Below, one piece after another: positions 28,749 through 37,141 of a DNA stretch of 64,000 nt. Both the position numbers and the translations under genes were made by a program. Position 1 is the stretch's first letter. Every line of letters starts with the position of its first letter. The notes under the pieces are model-generated. The model made no database searches. It was not told where the DNA came from and worked only from the letters and a program-made list of their open reading frames with translations. Source of the stretch: Alphaproteobacteria bacterium (GTDB taxonomy: Bacteria > Pseudomonadota > Alphaproteobacteria > UBA828); the NCBI GenBank assembly GCA_965221125.1, contig CBDCRW010000003.1, positions 416,001-480,000 of the forward strand, written 5' to 3'.

Positions 28749-30572
28749 GTGTGCGGAATCATCGGCGTCACCGGCAGCGACCAGGCGGCGCCGCATATCC
28801 TCGACGGGCTGAGGCGGCTCGCGTACCGGGGCTACGATTCGGCCGGGCTGGCGACGCTCGCCAACGGCGCGATCGAGCTGCGCCGGGCCGAGGGCAAGCT
28901 CGCCGAGTTGGAGCGCCTCGTCGCCCGCAGCCCGGTGAGCGGCACGACCGGCATCGGGCACACGCGCTGGGCCACCCACGGCGCGCCCAGCGAGACCAAC
29001 GCCCATCCGCATGCCGCAGGCCGCGTCGCGGTGGTCCACAACGGCATCATCGAGAATTACCGGGAACTCCGCGCCAGGCTGGAGGCGGACGGGCGCGAGC
29101 TTGCCTCCGATACCGATACCGAGGTGGTCCCCCACCTGATCGATTCCCACATGGTGCGCGGCCTCGACCCGGAAGCCGCTACGGCCGCGACGCTGGCCGA
29201 GCTGGAAGGCGCCTTCGCGCTCGCCATCATCTTCGCCGGGCACGCGGGGCTGCTCATCGGCGCCCGGCGCGGCTCGCCGCTCGCCATCGGGCACGCGGAC
29301 GACGCCACCTACCTCGCCTCGGACGCGCTGGCGCTCGCTCCCTTCGCGCGGCGGATCAGCTACCTCGACGAGGGCGACTGGGCGGTGCTGAGCGCCGACG
29401 CGGTCTCCATCCGCGACGCGGAGGGGCGCGCCGTCGAGCGGGCGCAGAGCGTCACCGCGCACGACGGCGCGATGATCGGCAAGGGCAACTACCGCCACTA
29501 CATGCTGAAGGAGATCTACGAGCAGCCGAGCGCGATCGGCGATACGGTCGGCGCCTACTACAATCCGGGGGCGGAACGGGTGGCGCTCCCCGCGCTGCCC
29601 TTCGCGCTCGACGGCGTGGAGCGGGCGACCGTCGTCGCCTGTGGCACCTCGTACTACGCCGGGCTCGCCGCGCGCTACTGGATCGAGCAGACCGCGCGGG
29701 TGCCGGTGGAGATCGACATCGCGTCGGAGTTCCGCTACCGCGCGCCGCCGCTCACGAAGGACGGCGTGACGCTCTTCATCTCGCAGTCGGGCGAGACGGC
29801 GGACACGCTGGCGGCGCTCCGCTACGCCAGGGAGGCGGGCGTGCCGACCGCCACCGTGGTCAACGTGCGCGAGAGCACCATGGCGCGTGAGGCGGATGCG
29901 GTGCTGCCCACCTACGCGGGCGTCGAGATCGGCGTGGCATCGACCAAGGCGTTCACCACCCAGCTCGTGACTCTCGCCTGCTTCGCCATCGCGCTGGCCC
30001 GCGCACGGGGCGCCATCGACGCGGCGGAGGAAGCCCGGCTCGCGCACGCGCTGACCCACGTGCCCGCGCACGCGGCCGACGTGCTGGGCCACGACGAGCG
30101 CATCCTGGCGCTCGCCGAGTCGCTGCGGCAGGCGGAAACGGTGCTCTACATCGGGCGCGGCACCGGCTATCCCATCGCCATGGAAGGCGCGCTCAAGCTG
30201 AAGGAGCTTTCCTACATCCACGCCGAGGGCTTTGCCGCCGGGGAGCTGAAGCACGGCCCCATCGCGCTGATCGACCGGGGCGTGCCGGTGATCGTCGTGG
30301 CACCCCCCGGCCCGCTCTTCGACAAGACGGCGTCCAACCTGCGCGAAGCGGCGGCGCGCGGCGCCCACATCGTCGTCATCAGCGACGAGGCGGGCTGCGA
30401 GGCGCTGGCGCCGCTGGCGGATGACGCCATCGCGCTGCCCTCGCTCGACCCCTTCGTGGCGCCCATCCTCTACGCGATTCCGGTGCAGCTCATCGCCTAC
30501 CATGTGGCGGTGCTGAAGGGGACTGATGTGGACCAGCCCCGCAACCTCGCCAAATCGGTCACCGTGGAATGA
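28749..30572 (+). CDS. glmS: Glutamine-fructose-6-phosphate aminotransferase
   Basis: N-terminal (M)CGIIG, GHTRWATHG, SQSGETADT, DVDQPRNLAKSVTVE. Confidence 0.98.
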   Translation: MCGIIGVTGSDQAAPHILDGLRRLAYRGYDSAGLATLANGAIELRRAEGKLAELERLVARSPVSGTTGIGHTRWATHGAPSETNAHPHAAGRVAVVHNGIIENYRELRARLEADGRELASDTDTEVVPHLIDSHMVRGLDPEAATAATLAELEGAFALAIIFAGHAGLLIGARRGSPLAIGHADDATYLASDALALAPFARRISYLDEGDWAVLSADAVSIRDAEGRAVERAQSVTAHDGAMIGKGNYRHYMLKEIYEQPSAIGDTVGAYYNPGAERVALPALPFALDGVERATVVACGTSYYAGLAARYWIEQTARVPVEIDIASEFRYRAPPLTKDGVTLFISQSGETADTLAALRYAREAGVPTATVVNVRESTMAREADAVLPTYAGVEIGVASTKAFTTQLVTLACFAIALARARGAIDAAEEARLAHALTHVPAHAADVLGHDERILALAESLRQAETVLYIGRGTGYPIAMEGALKLKELSYIHAEGFAAGELKHGPIALIDRGVPVIVVAPPGPLFDKTASNLREAAARGAHIVVISDEAGCEALAPLADDAIALPSLDPFVAPILYAIPVQLIAYHVAVLKGTDVDQPRNLAKSVTVE

Positions 30573-31750
30573 GCGAACGCCCCGCCCTGATCGACCTCGA
30601 CGAGGACCACAGAGAGCTGCGGGAGCCGGTCCGCGCGCTCTGCGCGCGCTACCCCGGCGAATACTGGCGCGAGAAGGACCGGGCGCGCGCCTACCCGGAG
30701 GAGTTCGTCCAGGCGCTCACCGACGCGGGCTTCCTGGCGGCGCTGATCCCCGAGCGCTATGGCGGCAGCGGCTTGGGTATCGGCGCGGCGGCGGCGATCC
30801 TCGAGGAGATCCACGCGACGGGCTGCAACGGCGGCGCCTGCCACGCGCAGATGTACACCATGGGCACGGTGCTGCGGCACGGCTCGGACGCGCAGAAGGA
30901 GGCGTATCTGCCCGAGATCGCGAGCGGCGCGCGCAGGCTGCAGGCCTTCGGCGTCACCGAGCCCACCACGGGCTCGGACACGACACAGCTCCGTACCACC
31001 GCCGAGCGCCGCGCGGACGGCGATTACACCGTGAACGGCCAGAAGGTCTGGATCTCGCGGGCCGAGCACTCGGACCTGCTGCTGCTGCTCGCGCGGACCA
31101 CGCCCAGGGAGGAGACGACGAAGCGGACGGAGGGCCTCTCCGTCTTCCTCGTCGAGCTGGAGCAGGCGGTGGGCAACGGCCTTGAGATCCGGCCGATCCG
31201 CACCATGATCAACCATGCGACCACGGAGCTTTTCTTCGACGACCTGGTGATCCCGGCTGCGAGCCTGATCGGCGAGGAGGGGAAGGGCTTTCGCTACATC
31301 CTCGACGGCATGAACGCCGAGCGCATCCTGATTGCCGCCGAGTGCATCGGCGACTGCCGCTGGTTCATCGACAAGGCGAGCGCGTATGCCTCTGAGCGCA
31401 AGGTGTTCGGCCGGCCCATCGGCGCCAACCAGGGCGTGCAGTTCCCCATCGCCGAGGCCTACGCGCAGATGGAGGCCGCACGGCTCATGGTGAGCAAGGC
31501 CGCAGCGCTCTTCGACGCAGGGCGCGCCTGCGGGCCCGAGGCCAACATGGCGAAGCTGCTGGCCTCCGAAGCCTCGTGGAAGGCGGGCGATACCTGCCTG
31601 CAGACCCACGGCGGCTTCGGCTTCGCCGAGGAATACGACGTGGAGCGCAAGTTCCGCGAGACCCGGCTCTACCGCGTGGCGCCGATCTCGACCAACCTCA
31701 TCCTCGCCTACCTCGGCCAGCATGTGCTCGGCATGCCGCGGTCTTATTGA
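30569..31750 (+). CDS. Acyl-CoA dehydrogenase
   Basis: LQAFGVTEP, GQKVWISRA, QTHGGFGF. Confidence 0.92.
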   Translation: MSERPALIDLDEDHRELREPVRALCARYPGEYWREKDRARAYPEEFVQALTDAGFLAALIPERYGGSGLGIGAAAAILEEIHATGCNGGACHAQMYTMGTVLRHGSDAQKEAYLPEIASGARRLQAFGVTEPTTGSDTTQLRTTAERRADGDYTVNGQKVWISRAEHSDLLLLLARTTPREETTKRTEGLSVFLVELEQAVGNGLEIRPIRTMINHATTELFFDDLVIPAASLIGEEGKGFRYILDGMNAERILIAAECIGDCRWFIDKASAYASERKVFGRPIGANQGVQFPIAEAYAQMEAARLMVSKAAALFDAGRACGPEANMAKLLASEASWKAGDTCLQTHGGFGFAEEYDVERKFRETRLYRVAPISTNLILAYLGQHVLGMPRSY

Positions 31751-31771
31751 GGGCGCGCGGGCGACCCCACC

Positions 31772-32989
31772 ATGAGCGAGGGCAGCGAAGGGCCGCTTTC
31801 CGGCCTGCTGGTGGTCTCGGTGGAGCAGGCGGTGGCCGCGCCCTTCGCCACCAGCCGGCTGGCCGACGCGGGCGCGCGCGTCATCAAGGTGGAGCGGCCG
31901 GAGGGCGACTTCGCGCGGCTCTACGACCGTCACGTGAAGGGCGAGTGCGCCTGGTTCGTCTGGCTCAACCGGGGCAAGGAATCGGTGGTCCTCGACATCA
32001 AGGACCGGGACGACAACGCCCTGCTGCAGCGCATGATCGCCCGCGCGGACGTCTTCGTGCAGAACTTGGCGCCGGGCGCTGCGGCGCGGGCGGGCCTCGA
32101 TTCGGACGCGCTCCGGGCGCGGCATCCCCGCCTCGTCACCTGCGACATCAGCGGCTACGGCGAGAGCGGGCCGTACGCGGCGATGAAGGCCTACGACTTC
32201 CTCATCCAGTGCGAATCGGGGATCGCGTCGGTGACGGGCACGCCGGAGTCGGCGAGCCGCGTCGGCGTCTCGGTCTGCGACATCGGGGCCGGGCTCAACG
32301 CCTACGGCGCGATCCTGGAGGCGGTGCTGGGCCGCGAGCGGACGGGCCGGGGCTCAGGGATCCGGGTCTCGCTCTTCGACGGCATGGCGGACTGGATGAC
32401 CGTGCCGCTGCTGCACCTGGAGCACGCCGGCCGGGCGCCCGCGCGCACGGGGCTCAGCCACGCCATGATCGCGCCCTACGGCGCCTACCCCGTGGGCTGC
32501 GGCGGGCAGATGGTGATCGCGATCCAGAACGAGCGCGAGTGGGCGCGCTTCTGCACGCATATCCTGGGCGATGCGGCCCTTGGGCTCGACGAGCGCTTCG
32601 CGGGCCACCCGGCGCGGCTTGCGAACCGGCCCGTGATGGACGCGCTGATCGTGGACGCCTTCAGCAAGCACGACATGGAGTCGCTGGCCGAGGCGCTCGG
32701 CGCCGCGGGGATCGCCTTCGGCCGGCTCAACGATGTCGCGGGACTGTCCCAGCACCCGCAGCTTCGGCGCGCTGCCGTCGAGACGCCCGCCGGCCCGGTC
32801 GAGATCGTGGCACCCCCCGCCCGCCACGCGGAGGGCGTGGACGGCGCGGGCCCGGACGGCGCAGGCCGGGACGGCGCGGCCGCGGCCGCCTCCCGCCCCC
32901 TCCGCCCCGTCCCTGCCTTGGGCGAGCACAGCGCGGCAATCCGGGCGGAGTTTGGGAACACAGCTACTGATCCGGCGAAATTCCGCTAG
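31772..32989 (+). CDS. CaiB/BaiF family III CoA transferase
   Basis: EQAVAAPF, GARVIKVER, LNRGKES, QNLAPG. Confidence 0.9.
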   Translation: MSEGSEGPLSGLLVVSVEQAVAAPFATSRLADAGARVIKVERPEGDFARLYDRHVKGECAWFVWLNRGKESVVLDIKDRDDNALLQRMIARADVFVQNLAPGAAARAGLDSDALRARHPRLVTCDISGYGESGPYAAMKAYDFLIQCESGIASVTGTPESASRVGVSVCDIGAGLNAYGAILEAVLGRERTGRGSGIRVSLFDGMADWMTVPLLHLEHAGRAPARTGLSHAMIAPYGAYPVGCGGQMVIAIQNEREWARFCTHILGDAALGLDERFAGHPARLANRPVMDALIVDAFSKHDMESLAEALGAAGIAFGRLNDVAGLSQHPQLRRAAVETPAGPVEIVAPPARHAEGVDGAGPDGAGRDGAAAAASRPLRPVPALGEHSAAIRAEFGNTATDPAKFR

Positions 32990-33087
32990 TCCGACTCGTC
33001 GTCGCCCCGCTTATTCTGGTGCATCCGTCGTACGGAAGTTGTAGTCAATTGCAGTGCGAGTGTTGGGTAATCGTTATATCAATGCAG

Positions 33088-33603
33088 TCAACTATCATTG
33101 CTCCTTGCATTCCACTTCCTCAACAAATCACACGCCGATTGAACGTCAGACAGATTATACTTGTCTATTGGCTCTCTACCGAGGTGTCCGAGCCAATTCC
33201 TAATGTCGTAAGGAAGTGGAGGCTCGTCATCAGAATAGAGCGAAAGCATTTTATCCCGAGTGTCAGAACTGCGTGTCTTGTAGTTAGACTCGAATGCCGA
33301 ATACTGCATCCAGAACTCACCAATAACTCCTGAAAGGTACGGCGCCGGATCTTCCTCCAATACACCTCTCAGGACAATGGGAACCCCATCAATTGGCAAG
33401 TTTGCCTTTCTGGCCTCAGTAAGCGCCTCATTGAACAGGCGAATTATCTTGCGCATTCTGGGCAATCTAGAATCTCTCTTGTGCAAATGCAGGAATGCAA
33501 TATCTACTTTGACGCCGACCTGACCCTCTATCTTTCTGGTGGCTCCCTTGACACCGGCCCCTAGGGCAAAAATCTCCATATCTTGAACTTTTGTAGGTCT
33601 CAT
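33088..33603 (-). CDS. Hypothetical protein, AT-richer than flanks, with C-terminal RxxxxH (HEPN-like) motif
   Basis: 171-aa ORF with GGAG RBS; IRNWLGH followed by an amphipathic helix (LSDVQSACDLLRKW). Confidence 0.6.
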   Translation of the reverse strand: MRPTKVQDMEIFALGAGVKGATRKIEGQVGVKVDIAFLHLHKRDSRLPRMRKIIRLFNEALTEARKANLPIDGVPIVLRGVLEEDPAPYLSGVIGEFWMQYSAFESNYKTRSSDTRDKMLSLYSDDEPPLPYDIRNWLGHLGREPIDKYNLSDVQSACDLLRKWNARSNDS

Positions 33604-33625
33604 CGCTGCCTTGTCTCCAGTAAAA

Positions 33626-33669
33626 TTCGTGACAGTTCACGAAAATATACGACCATTAGAGGCTAATGG
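33626..33669. promoter_or_regulatory. Two perfect inverted repeats upstream of the orphan: TTCGTGA-N4-TCACGAA (33626-33643) and CCATTAG-N3-CTAATGG (33653-33669)
   Basis: Read directly, 23-66 bp upstream of the start codon. Confidence 0.55.
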
Positions 33670-33840
33670 CAAATCTGCGTGGCAGCCTTTCTAGAGTCTC
33701 TAATGTAGGTACCAACCCCAACTCCGGTTCCTTGTTTATCCATTGCATTCAGTATCTCCACGCTTGGCGTGGTGGTCTATCAACGGGATCGGACCGGAGA
33801 ACGTGCCTGACCGCCGGCACGGCCGCGCTTGGCGCGGGGA

Positions 33841-33867
33841 GATACCCGGAACGAGTCCGGGCATGAC
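33841..33867. repeat. Half of an alphaproteobacterial GTCATGCCCGG...CCGGGCATGAC palindromic (REP/RPE-like) element
   Basis: GATACCCGGAACGAGTCCGGGCATGAC matches the right arm of this family. Confidence 0.65.
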
Positions 33868-34001
33868 GTATAGGGGGCTCCGGGCACGACGTGTGGGGGC
33901 GGCTGCGTCACGGGGCCGCATCATCCGGCGGGGACGTGATGCGGGCGGCGCGTCGCGCGGCTGACGGTCGGCTGGGACTCCAGGCTCCGCCGATTGCCCG
34001 G

Positions 34002-34342
34002 ACCATGGTGCGGTGCACCGCGCCGGGCGTTCGCGCGATCATCGTGGCATGTGGCAGTCGGAAAGCCCCGCGTGTGTCCGCACGACGGAGAGGGCGCGCG
34101 CAGCAGAAGGAGACCCGAAGAGTGGGGAGTCGTGGCGCGGGGCGTTGCCCAGGGCGGTCCGTATCGTCGCCGGGGGCCGGCACTGCACATGCGCCGCCGC
34201 GGCTTCTGTCGCCGCCATTCGGAAGCGCGGCTGCCCGTTTTGTCGTATCTCACCTTGTCTCGGCTTGTCTCGGCTTATCTCGGCTTATCTCGGCTTATCT
34301 CGGCTTTTTCGGCAAAAAAAGTTGGCGGACAAGTGAGATACG
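34002..34342. repeat. Phased-decamer element copy 2: 17-mer (34002-34018), six 10-bp units (34246-34305) and an inverted unit (34328-34342)
   Basis: TATCTCACCT, 2x TGTCTCGGCT, 3x TATCTCGGCT; GACAAGTGAGATACG is a near reverse complement of the array start. Confidence 0.85.
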
Positions 34343-34360
34343 CCGCCGGCATTCCCGTAT

Positions 34361-34375
34361 GTTCGTAATATGTTC
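34361..34375 (+). promoter_or_regulatory. Alphaproteobacterial LexA (SOS) box GTTC-N7-GTTC
   Basis: GTTCGTAATATGTTC with AT-rich spacer, followed by GGAGG and ATG at 34396. Confidence 0.75.
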
Positions 34376-34465
34376 CGCATGGGGAGGTCACGCATATGGC
34401 CGTCAGGGCAGCATCGCTCGCTGCGTCGCGGAGGCGCGGCGCGGGGGTGGTTGGCGCGCGGGACT

Positions 34466-34642
34466 GGAGCGTATCCGTTCAACACGGAAACACTCCGACT
34501 CTTTGTCGCTCACGGCAGCTGGCCGTCGCGCGATTCCGCGCGCCTACCGGCGCGACGACCAGCGCCTCCGCGAGGGCGCCGCATTCGCGGCGGGCCGCTA
34601 TCGCGGCCTAGAGCGCGTCCGTCAAAGCCGGACGCGCTCTAG
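34466..34642 (+). repeat. Multi-hairpin repeat family A, copy 2 (flanking hairpins on both sides)
   Basis: Core from 34502; ends CTAGAGCGCGTCCG-TCAAAGC-CGGACGCGCTCTAG, overlapping the rpmE stop. Confidence 0.85.
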
Positions 34643-34863
34643 TTCAGGCCGAAGTCGCCGAAGCGCTTGTTGAAGCGCGAGACCTGGCCGCCGCGGTCGA
34701 CGAGGCGCTGGGCGCCGCCGGTCCACACCGGGTGCGAGAGCGGGTCGATATCCAGCGTCAGCGTGTCGCCCGCCTTGCCCCACGTGGAGCGCGTGATAAA
34801 CGTGCTGCCGTCGGTTCGAACGACGGTGATCTCGTGGTAGTCGGGATGAATGTCTTTCTTCAT
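34639..34863 (-). CDS. rpmE: 50S ribosomal protein L31
   Basis: [10 protein letters not shown]...[14 protein letters not shown]...[10 protein letters not shown]. Confidence 0.97.
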   Translation of the reverse strand: MKKDIHPDYHEITVVRTDGSTFITRSTWGKAGDTLTLDIDPLSHPVWTGGAQRLVDRGGQVSRFNKRFGDFGLN

Positions 34864-34966
34864 GGCGGGCCCCGCTTGCGGAGCGGCCTAGATACAGACA
34901 GGGCGGGAATAGCGCAAGCGCTTGTGTGCTCTTGCGACGACCCCACCTCCCCCTGTCCCAAGTTAA

Positions 34967-35066
34967 TCTTTTCCCTCAACGGCGGGCGCTCGCTCCGCTC
35001 GCTTGCCTACGCGCTTCGCGCGGCGCGCGGTCGCGCGCTCCGGGCCTGCGGCCCGGCAATACGGAG
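34967..35066 (+). repeat. Multi-hairpin repeat family B, copy 1
   Basis: TCCCTCA..CGGGCGCTCGCTCCGCTCGCTTG.CTACGCGCTTCGCGCG..GCGGTCGCGC..TCCGGGCCTGCGGCCCGG; inverted copy at 58253. Confidence 0.82.
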
Positions 35067-35108
35067 CGCAGACCTGGAAGTTGCCGGGGCAAGCATGGAG
35101 CAGCAACG

Positions 35109-36965
35109 GTGAGCATCCTCGGGCCGAGCGGCCGGCGCGGGCGGGACGACGGGGCGTCCTCCGCCGTGGCCGCTCGCGGCGAGATCGGCCGCATCCGCTA
35201 CCTCTTCCGCTTCCTCGCGCCCTACCGCTGGGTGATGGCGGCGGCGGTCATAGCACTCTGCGTGAGCGCGGCGGCGGTGCTCGCGCTGGGCCAGGGGCTG
35301 CGCGTCCTGATCGACGACGGGCTGAGCAGCGAGGAGATCGGCCGCCTGCACGAGGCGCTGATCTACATGGCGGGCATGGTGGGCCTGCTGGCGGCCGGGA
35401 CCTTCACCCGCTTCTACTTGGTCTCGTGGCTGGGCGAGCGGGTGGTGGCGGACATCAGGCGGGCGGTGTTCCGCCGGCTGGTGGGCTTGAGCCCCGCCTT
35501 CTTCGAGATCAACAAGGTGGGCGAGCTGCTGTCGCGCATCACCACCGACACCACCCTGCTGCAGACGATGATCGGCCAGCAGGCGTCGTCGGCGCTCCGC
35601 AACCTGATGCTCTTCCTCGGTGCCAGCGCGATGCTGGTGGTGACGAGCCCGACGCTCACCGGCTTCGTGGTGCTGATGGTGCCGGTCGTGGTGATCCCCA
35701 TCGTCGTGCTCGGCCGGCGCGTGCGGCGCTACTCCCGCCTCGCGCAGGACCGCGTGGGCGACGTCGGCGGCCACCTGGAGGAAGCGCTCGGCGGCATCCG
35801 CACGGTGCAGGCCTTCGGCCAGGAGGAACGCAGCGGCGAGCGCTTCGCCGAGCACGTGGAAGGCGCCTTCCGCGCGGCGCTGAAGCGGGTGCAGGCGCGG
35901 GCGCTGCTGACCGCCATCGTCATCGTGCTGGTCTTCTGCGGCGTCGGCCTCGTGCTCTGGATCGCCGGCACCACCGTGCTGCAGGGCGGGATGACCGGCG
36001 GCGAGATGACCGCCTTCATGTTCTACGCCGTGGTGGTCGCGGGCTCGGTGGGCTCGCTCAGCGAGGTCTACGGCGACCTGCAGCACGCGGCGGGCGCTGC
36101 CGAGCGGCTGGCGGAGCTGCTGAGCGAGGAACCGGCGTTGGCGCCCGCGCCGGCGGCGGTGCGGCCCTTGCCGGAGCCGCAGCGGGGCGCGGTGACGCTC
36201 GACCGCGCGACCTTCCACTACCCTGCGCGGCCCGACGCGCCCGCGCTGCACGAGCTTTCGCTCAGCGTCGCACCGGGGGAGACGGTAGCCCTCGTCGGCC
36301 CCTCGGGCGCGGGCAAGTCGACCGTGTTCAACCTGCTGCTCCGCTTCTACGACCCGGAAGCCGGGCACGTCGCGCTGGACGGGGTGGACCTGCGCGAGGC
36401 GCCGCTGGATGCGGTGCGGCGCTCGTTCGCGCTGGTGCCGCAGGACGCGGTGATCTTCGCCGCGAGCGCGCGGGAGAACATCCGCTTCGGCCGGCCCGAG
36501 GCGAGCGACGGGGAGGTCCGCGCCGCAGCCGAGGCGGCGGGCGCCGCGGCCTTCCTCGACAGCCTGCCGGAGGGCTTCGATACCTTCCTCGGCGAGAAGG
36601 GGACGCGGCTCTCGGGCGGGCAGAAGCAGCGGCTCGCGCTCGCCCGCGCCGTGCTGCGCAACCCGGCGGTCCTGCTGCTCGACGAGGCGACCAGCGCGCT
36701 CGACGCCGAGAGCGAGCGCGCGGTGCAGGCGGCGCTGGAGCGGCTGATGGCGGGGCGGACCACCATCGTCATCGCGCACAGGCTGGCGACCGTGCAGAAG
36801 GCCGACCGCATCGTGGTGATGGACGCGGGCCGCGTCGTCGCCGAGGGGACGCATCAGGCGCTGATGGCGCGGGGCGGACTCTACGCGCGCCTCGCCGCGC
36901 TCCAGTTCAACGACGGCCGCGAGGAGGACGCGGCGGAGGACGCGCCGCGAAGCGCTGCGGGGTAG
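35109..36965 (+). CDS. ABC transporter permease/ATP-binding fusion (MsbA-related)
   Basis: TM domain, GPSGAGKST, LSGGQKQR, LLLDEATSALD; GTG start is approximate. Confidence 0.92.
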   Translation: MSILGPSGRRGRDDGASSAVAARGEIGRIRYLFRFLAPYRWVMAAAVIALCVSAAAVLALGQGLRVLIDDGLSSEEIGRLHEALIYMAGMVGLLAAGTFTRFYLVSWLGERVVADIRRAVFRRLVGLSPAFFEINKVGELLSRITTDTTLLQTMIGQQASSALRNLMLFLGASAMLVVTSPTLTGFVVLMVPVVVIPIVVLGRRVRRYSRLAQDRVGDVGGHLEEALGGIRTVQAFGQEERSGERFAEHVEGAFRAALKRVQARALLTAIVIVLVFCGVGLVLWIAGTTVLQGGMTGGEMTAFMFYAVVVAGSVGSLSEVYGDLQHAAGAAERLAELLSEEPALAPAPAAVRPLPEPQRGAVTLDRATFHYPARPDAPALHELSLSVAPGETVALVGPSGAGKSTVFNLLLRFYDPEAGHVALDGVDLREAPLDAVRRSFALVPQDAVIFAASARENIRFGRPEASDGEVRAAAEAAGAAAFLDSLPEGFDTFLGEKGTRLSGGQKQRLALARAVLRNPAVLLLDEATSALDAESERAVQAALERLMAGRTTIVIAHRLATVQKADRIVVMDAGRVVAEGTHQALMARGGLYARLAALQFNDGREEDAAEDAPRSAAG

Positions 36966-36971
36966 CATTCC

Positions 36972-37141
36972 GGAGCGAGCCCGTCTTTCGCGGGCTCGCG
37001 ACAAGGCCGCGACCGCGGCCCGCCGCGAATGCGGCGCACATCGCGCGCCCCTGCGCGCGTAGCCGCGCGACGCGGAGGCGCCGGCCGTCGCGCCGGTAGG
37101 CGCGCGGAATCGCGCGACGGCCGGCTGCCGTGAGCGAAAAA
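36972..37141 (-). repeat. Multi-hairpin repeat family A, copy 3
   Basis: Reverse complement of the same scaffold, with an extra inserted hairpin; abuts the stop of the MotB-like gene. Confidence 0.85.

Noticed and set aside
28749-28751. GTG start of glmS as a defect
   Set aside because: GTG initiates with fMet, and the catalytic Cys is still exposed after Met removal.
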